DNA of 64,000 nucleotides from Eubacteriales bacterium (GTDB taxonomy: Bacteria; Bacillota; Clostridia; Saccharofermentanales; DTU023). The translations under genes were made by a program, and so were the position numbers. The stretch is taken from NCBI GenBank assembly GCA_030537595.1, contig JAUNVR010000001.1:79526-143525 (forward strand). The letters are read 5' to 3'. The notes under the pieces are model-generated. The model was not told the origin of the DNA, searched no databases, and worked only from the letters and a program-made list of their open reading frames with translations. Shown one piece after another: positions 62,117-64,000 of this stretch. Numbering within the stretch: the stretch's first letter is position 1; each line of letters begins with the position of its first letter.

Positions 62117-62368
62117 TTAGCGCTTGCGGATCAGTCTTAAGACAAAAATCAGAATGATAGCACCGAGCAGAGCAACGAGAACTGAACCAATGCTGAAGCC
62201 TGCGAAGCCAGCGGTCGGAGCCTTAACGCCGTTCATGATAGCACCACCGATGAATGCACCGACGATACCGACAACGATGTTACCGACCAAGCCGCGCTCT
62301 TCTTTCATGATTAGGCCTGCGAGCCAACCTGCGATACCACCAACTAAAATCCACGATAAAATACCCAT
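62117..62368 (-). CDS. GlsB/YeaQ/YmgE family stress membrane protein
   Basis: 83 aa with the typical Gly-zipper sequence GILSWILVGGIAGWLAG...GIVGAFIGG. Confidence 0.85.
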   Translation of the reverse strand: MGILSWILVGGIAGWLAGLIMKEERGLVGNIVVGIVGAFIGGAIMNGVKAPTAGFAGFSIGSVLVALLGAIILIFVLRLIRKR

Positions 62369-62489
62369 AAAATCCTCCTAAATGTCTGTTCTTGGGACAA
62401 ATTCAAGATTTTTAGATGAATTAAAGTCCCTTTATAGGTTTATAACATCAACTAGTATAACACGAATAATTACTCTGGCTAGTACCTAT

Positions 62490-62533
62490 GAAAAAGGAGC
62501 CGCAGAAGATAGATATCTTACAGACGGCTCCCC
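62490..62533 (-). terminator. Intrinsic terminator after thrS
   Basis: The minus strand reads GGAGCCG...CGGCTCC, a long hairpin, followed by TTTTT. Confidence 0.75.
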
Positions 62534-62556
62534 TTGATTGAACTTAATTTAAGCTT

Positions 62557-64000
62557 TTATTCCTGAGCTGCGCGCTTTTCTCTAGCAATTGCGCGAGTGA
62601 TTTCTTCGGCTCTTGGCTCGCCTTCAGCTTGTAGTTCCTTAGCCTTAGCGAGGAAGTCTTTAATCTCCATAGAGCCTAGTTCACCCTCGTCACGAGAGCG
62701 GACAGAGATCTTAGCCTCGGCAGATTCTCGTTCACCGAGAATTAGCATAAAGGGAACTTTCTCCTGCGTGCCCTGGCGGATCTTATAGCCGAGTTTCTCA
62801 TCTCGATCATCGACCTCGACACGAATTCCTGCTCTCCGCAGCTGGTCGTAGACATTTTCAGCATAGTCTTTGACCTTCTCGGAAATGGGAATAATCTTTG
62901 CCTGTACTGGGGCAAGCCAGAAGGGGAATTTACCAGCATAGTGCTCAATTAAAATTGCAATGAAGCGATCCAAAGAGCCATAAATTGCTCGGTGGATAAC
63001 GATGGGTCGATGCTTCTCGCCATCTGCACCAATATAGCTAGCGTCAAAGCGCTGTGGTAGCTGGAGGTCTAGCTGAATCGTACCGCATTGGTGGCTGCGA
63101 CCAATTGCATCATTCAGGTGGAAGTCAATCTTCGGGCCGTAGAATGCACCGTCACCCTCGTTAATCTTATAGGGTAGTCCGGAGCGCTCTAGGGCTGAGC
63201 GCAGACCTTCAGTTGCCATTTCCCACTCTTCTTCAGTGCCCATTGAATTTTCTGGCCTGGTTGAAAGCTCTAAGTTATAAGTGAAGCCAAATTTTTCGTA
63301 AATCTCTGCGACTAAGCGAATTACGCCTAAAACCTCGTCAGAAATCTGATCTGGGGTCATAAAGATGTGGGCGTCGTCCTGAGTAAAGGCGCGCACTCGA
63401 ATTAGGCCGTGTAGGGCACCGGATAATTCGTAGCGGTGCACTAAGCCCATCTCACTGATCCTGAGGGGCAGGTCACGGTAGGAGTGTTGCTCATGATTGT
63501 AAACCAGGAAGCAGCCAGGGCAGTTCATTGGCTTAATGGCATAGGCCTGCTCATCAATCTCGGAGAGATACATATTCTCCTTATAGTGGTACCAGTGTCC
63601 AGAGCGTTCCCAGAGCTGCTGATTTAGCATGGTCGGGGTGGCGATTTCCACATAATTTTCACGTTCGTGGAGCTTGCGCCAGTACTCCTGGAGCTTGTTA
63701 AAGAGAATCTTGCCTTTCGGCAGGTAGAAGGGGAAGCCAGGGCCTTCATCCATCAGGGTGAAGATACCTAGTTCACGACCGAGTTTTCTGTGGTCACGCT
63801 TCTTGGCTTCCTCCAGTTGTTGGAGGTAGGCCTTTTGGTCTTCTTTGCTTAACCAAGCGGTACCATAGATTCTGGTTAACATTTTATTCTTTTCGTCGCC
63901 ACGCCAGTAGGCACCAGCTAGACTCATCAATTTAAAGACCTTTAAATCTCGAGTGTTTTCCACGTGAGGGCCGGCGCAGAGGTCAGTAAATTCACCCTGA
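62557..64000 (-). CDS. thrS: Threonine--tRNA ligase, N-terminal part beyond the window edge
   Basis: The frame is open to the window end. Class II motifs ([28 protein letters not shown]) and an anticodon-binding domain. About 480 of roughly 640 aa are present. Confidence 0.93.
   Translation of the reverse strand, partial: QGEFTDLCAGPHVENTRDLKVFKLMSLAGAYWRGDEKNKMLTRIYGTAWLSKEDQKAYLQQLEEAKKRDHRKLGRELGIFTLMDEGPGFPFYLPKGKILFNKLQEYWRKLHERENYVEIATPTMLNQQLWERSGHWYHYKENMYLSEIDEQAYAIKPMNCPGCFLVYNHEQHSYRDLPLRISEMGLVHRYELSGALHGLIRVRAFTQDDAHIFMTPDQISDEVLGVIRLVAEIYEKFGFTYNLELSTRPENSMGTEEEWEMATEGLRSALERSGLPYKINEGDGAFYGPKIDFHLNDAIGRSHQCGTIQLDLQLPQRFDASYIGADGEKHRPIVIHRAIYGSLDRFIAILIEHYAGKFPFWLAPVQAKIIPISEKVKDYAENVYDQLRRAGIRVEVDDRDEKLGYKIRQGTQEKVPFMLILGERESAEAKISVRSRDEGELGSMEIKDFLAKAKELQAEGEPRAEEITRAIAREKRAAQE

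Noticed and set aside
62369-62556. Looked for a T-box leader for thrS
   Set aside because: thrS is on the minus strand and its 5' end lies beyond base 64000. This gap holds only its terminator and the promoter of the GlsB-family gene.

Overview
The window is a densely packed, about 50% GC chromosomal segment with Firmicutes/Clostridia-like core gene order (inference from synteny only): mazG-S4 protein, ffs-dnaX-ybaB-recR, ireB-ruvX-DUF1292 and rpmG-secE-nusG-rplK-rplA-rplJ-rplL. I saw no IS element, integrase, prophage or CRISPR array. Main blocks, in order:
- 1-6271: a polyamine locus (speA-like decarboxylase, speE, speB, a small membrane protein, then carboxy(nor)spermidine dehydrogenase and decarboxylase).
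- 6373-13261: a MATE exporter, Lon, and a large YjgR/HerA-like P-loop NTPase with a 95-aa partner.
- 15012-18434: SRP RNA followed by dnaX-ybaB-recR.
- 18522-30746: flavodoxin plus a DUF3793-like protein, sodA, a YheI/YheH-like ABC exporter pair, an MTA-deaminase/PNP pair, a class A PBP and a RumA-type methyltransferase.
- 30835-38987: tRNA-Val, Asp23/AmaP, CapA, TrkA-TrkA-TrkH, tRNA-Asp and tRNA-Phe, a membrane/coiled-coil protein and secG.
- 39114-50000: a lipoprotein MsrAB, a CUT1 sugar ABC operon, MtaB and RNase R.
- 50121-54827: an ireB-ruvX-DUF1292-DUF1292-DUF2156-CPBP-alaX operon.
- 55906-64000: a phosphoesterase, hpt, the ribosomal protein cluster and a partial thrS.

The items most worth follow-up:
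- A 1-kb ORF-free, AT-rich, strand-skewed block (54907-55905) that could encode a large non-coding RNA on the minus strand.
- The orphan YjgR-like ATPase with a 390-aa coiled-coil tail and its small partner.
- The tRNA-linked operon DUF2156-CPBP-AlaX, where AlaX carries CxxxQ instead of CxxxH.
- The polyamine locus, which holds both SAM-dependent and aspartate-semialdehyde-dependent aminopropylation modules.
- A MalF-like permease with a 270-aa coiled-coil N-terminus.

Many housekeeping proteins here carry Ala/Glu/Pro/Lys-rich low-complexity extensions. All functional calls rest on motifs I recognise in the translations and on gene context. No database search was run.
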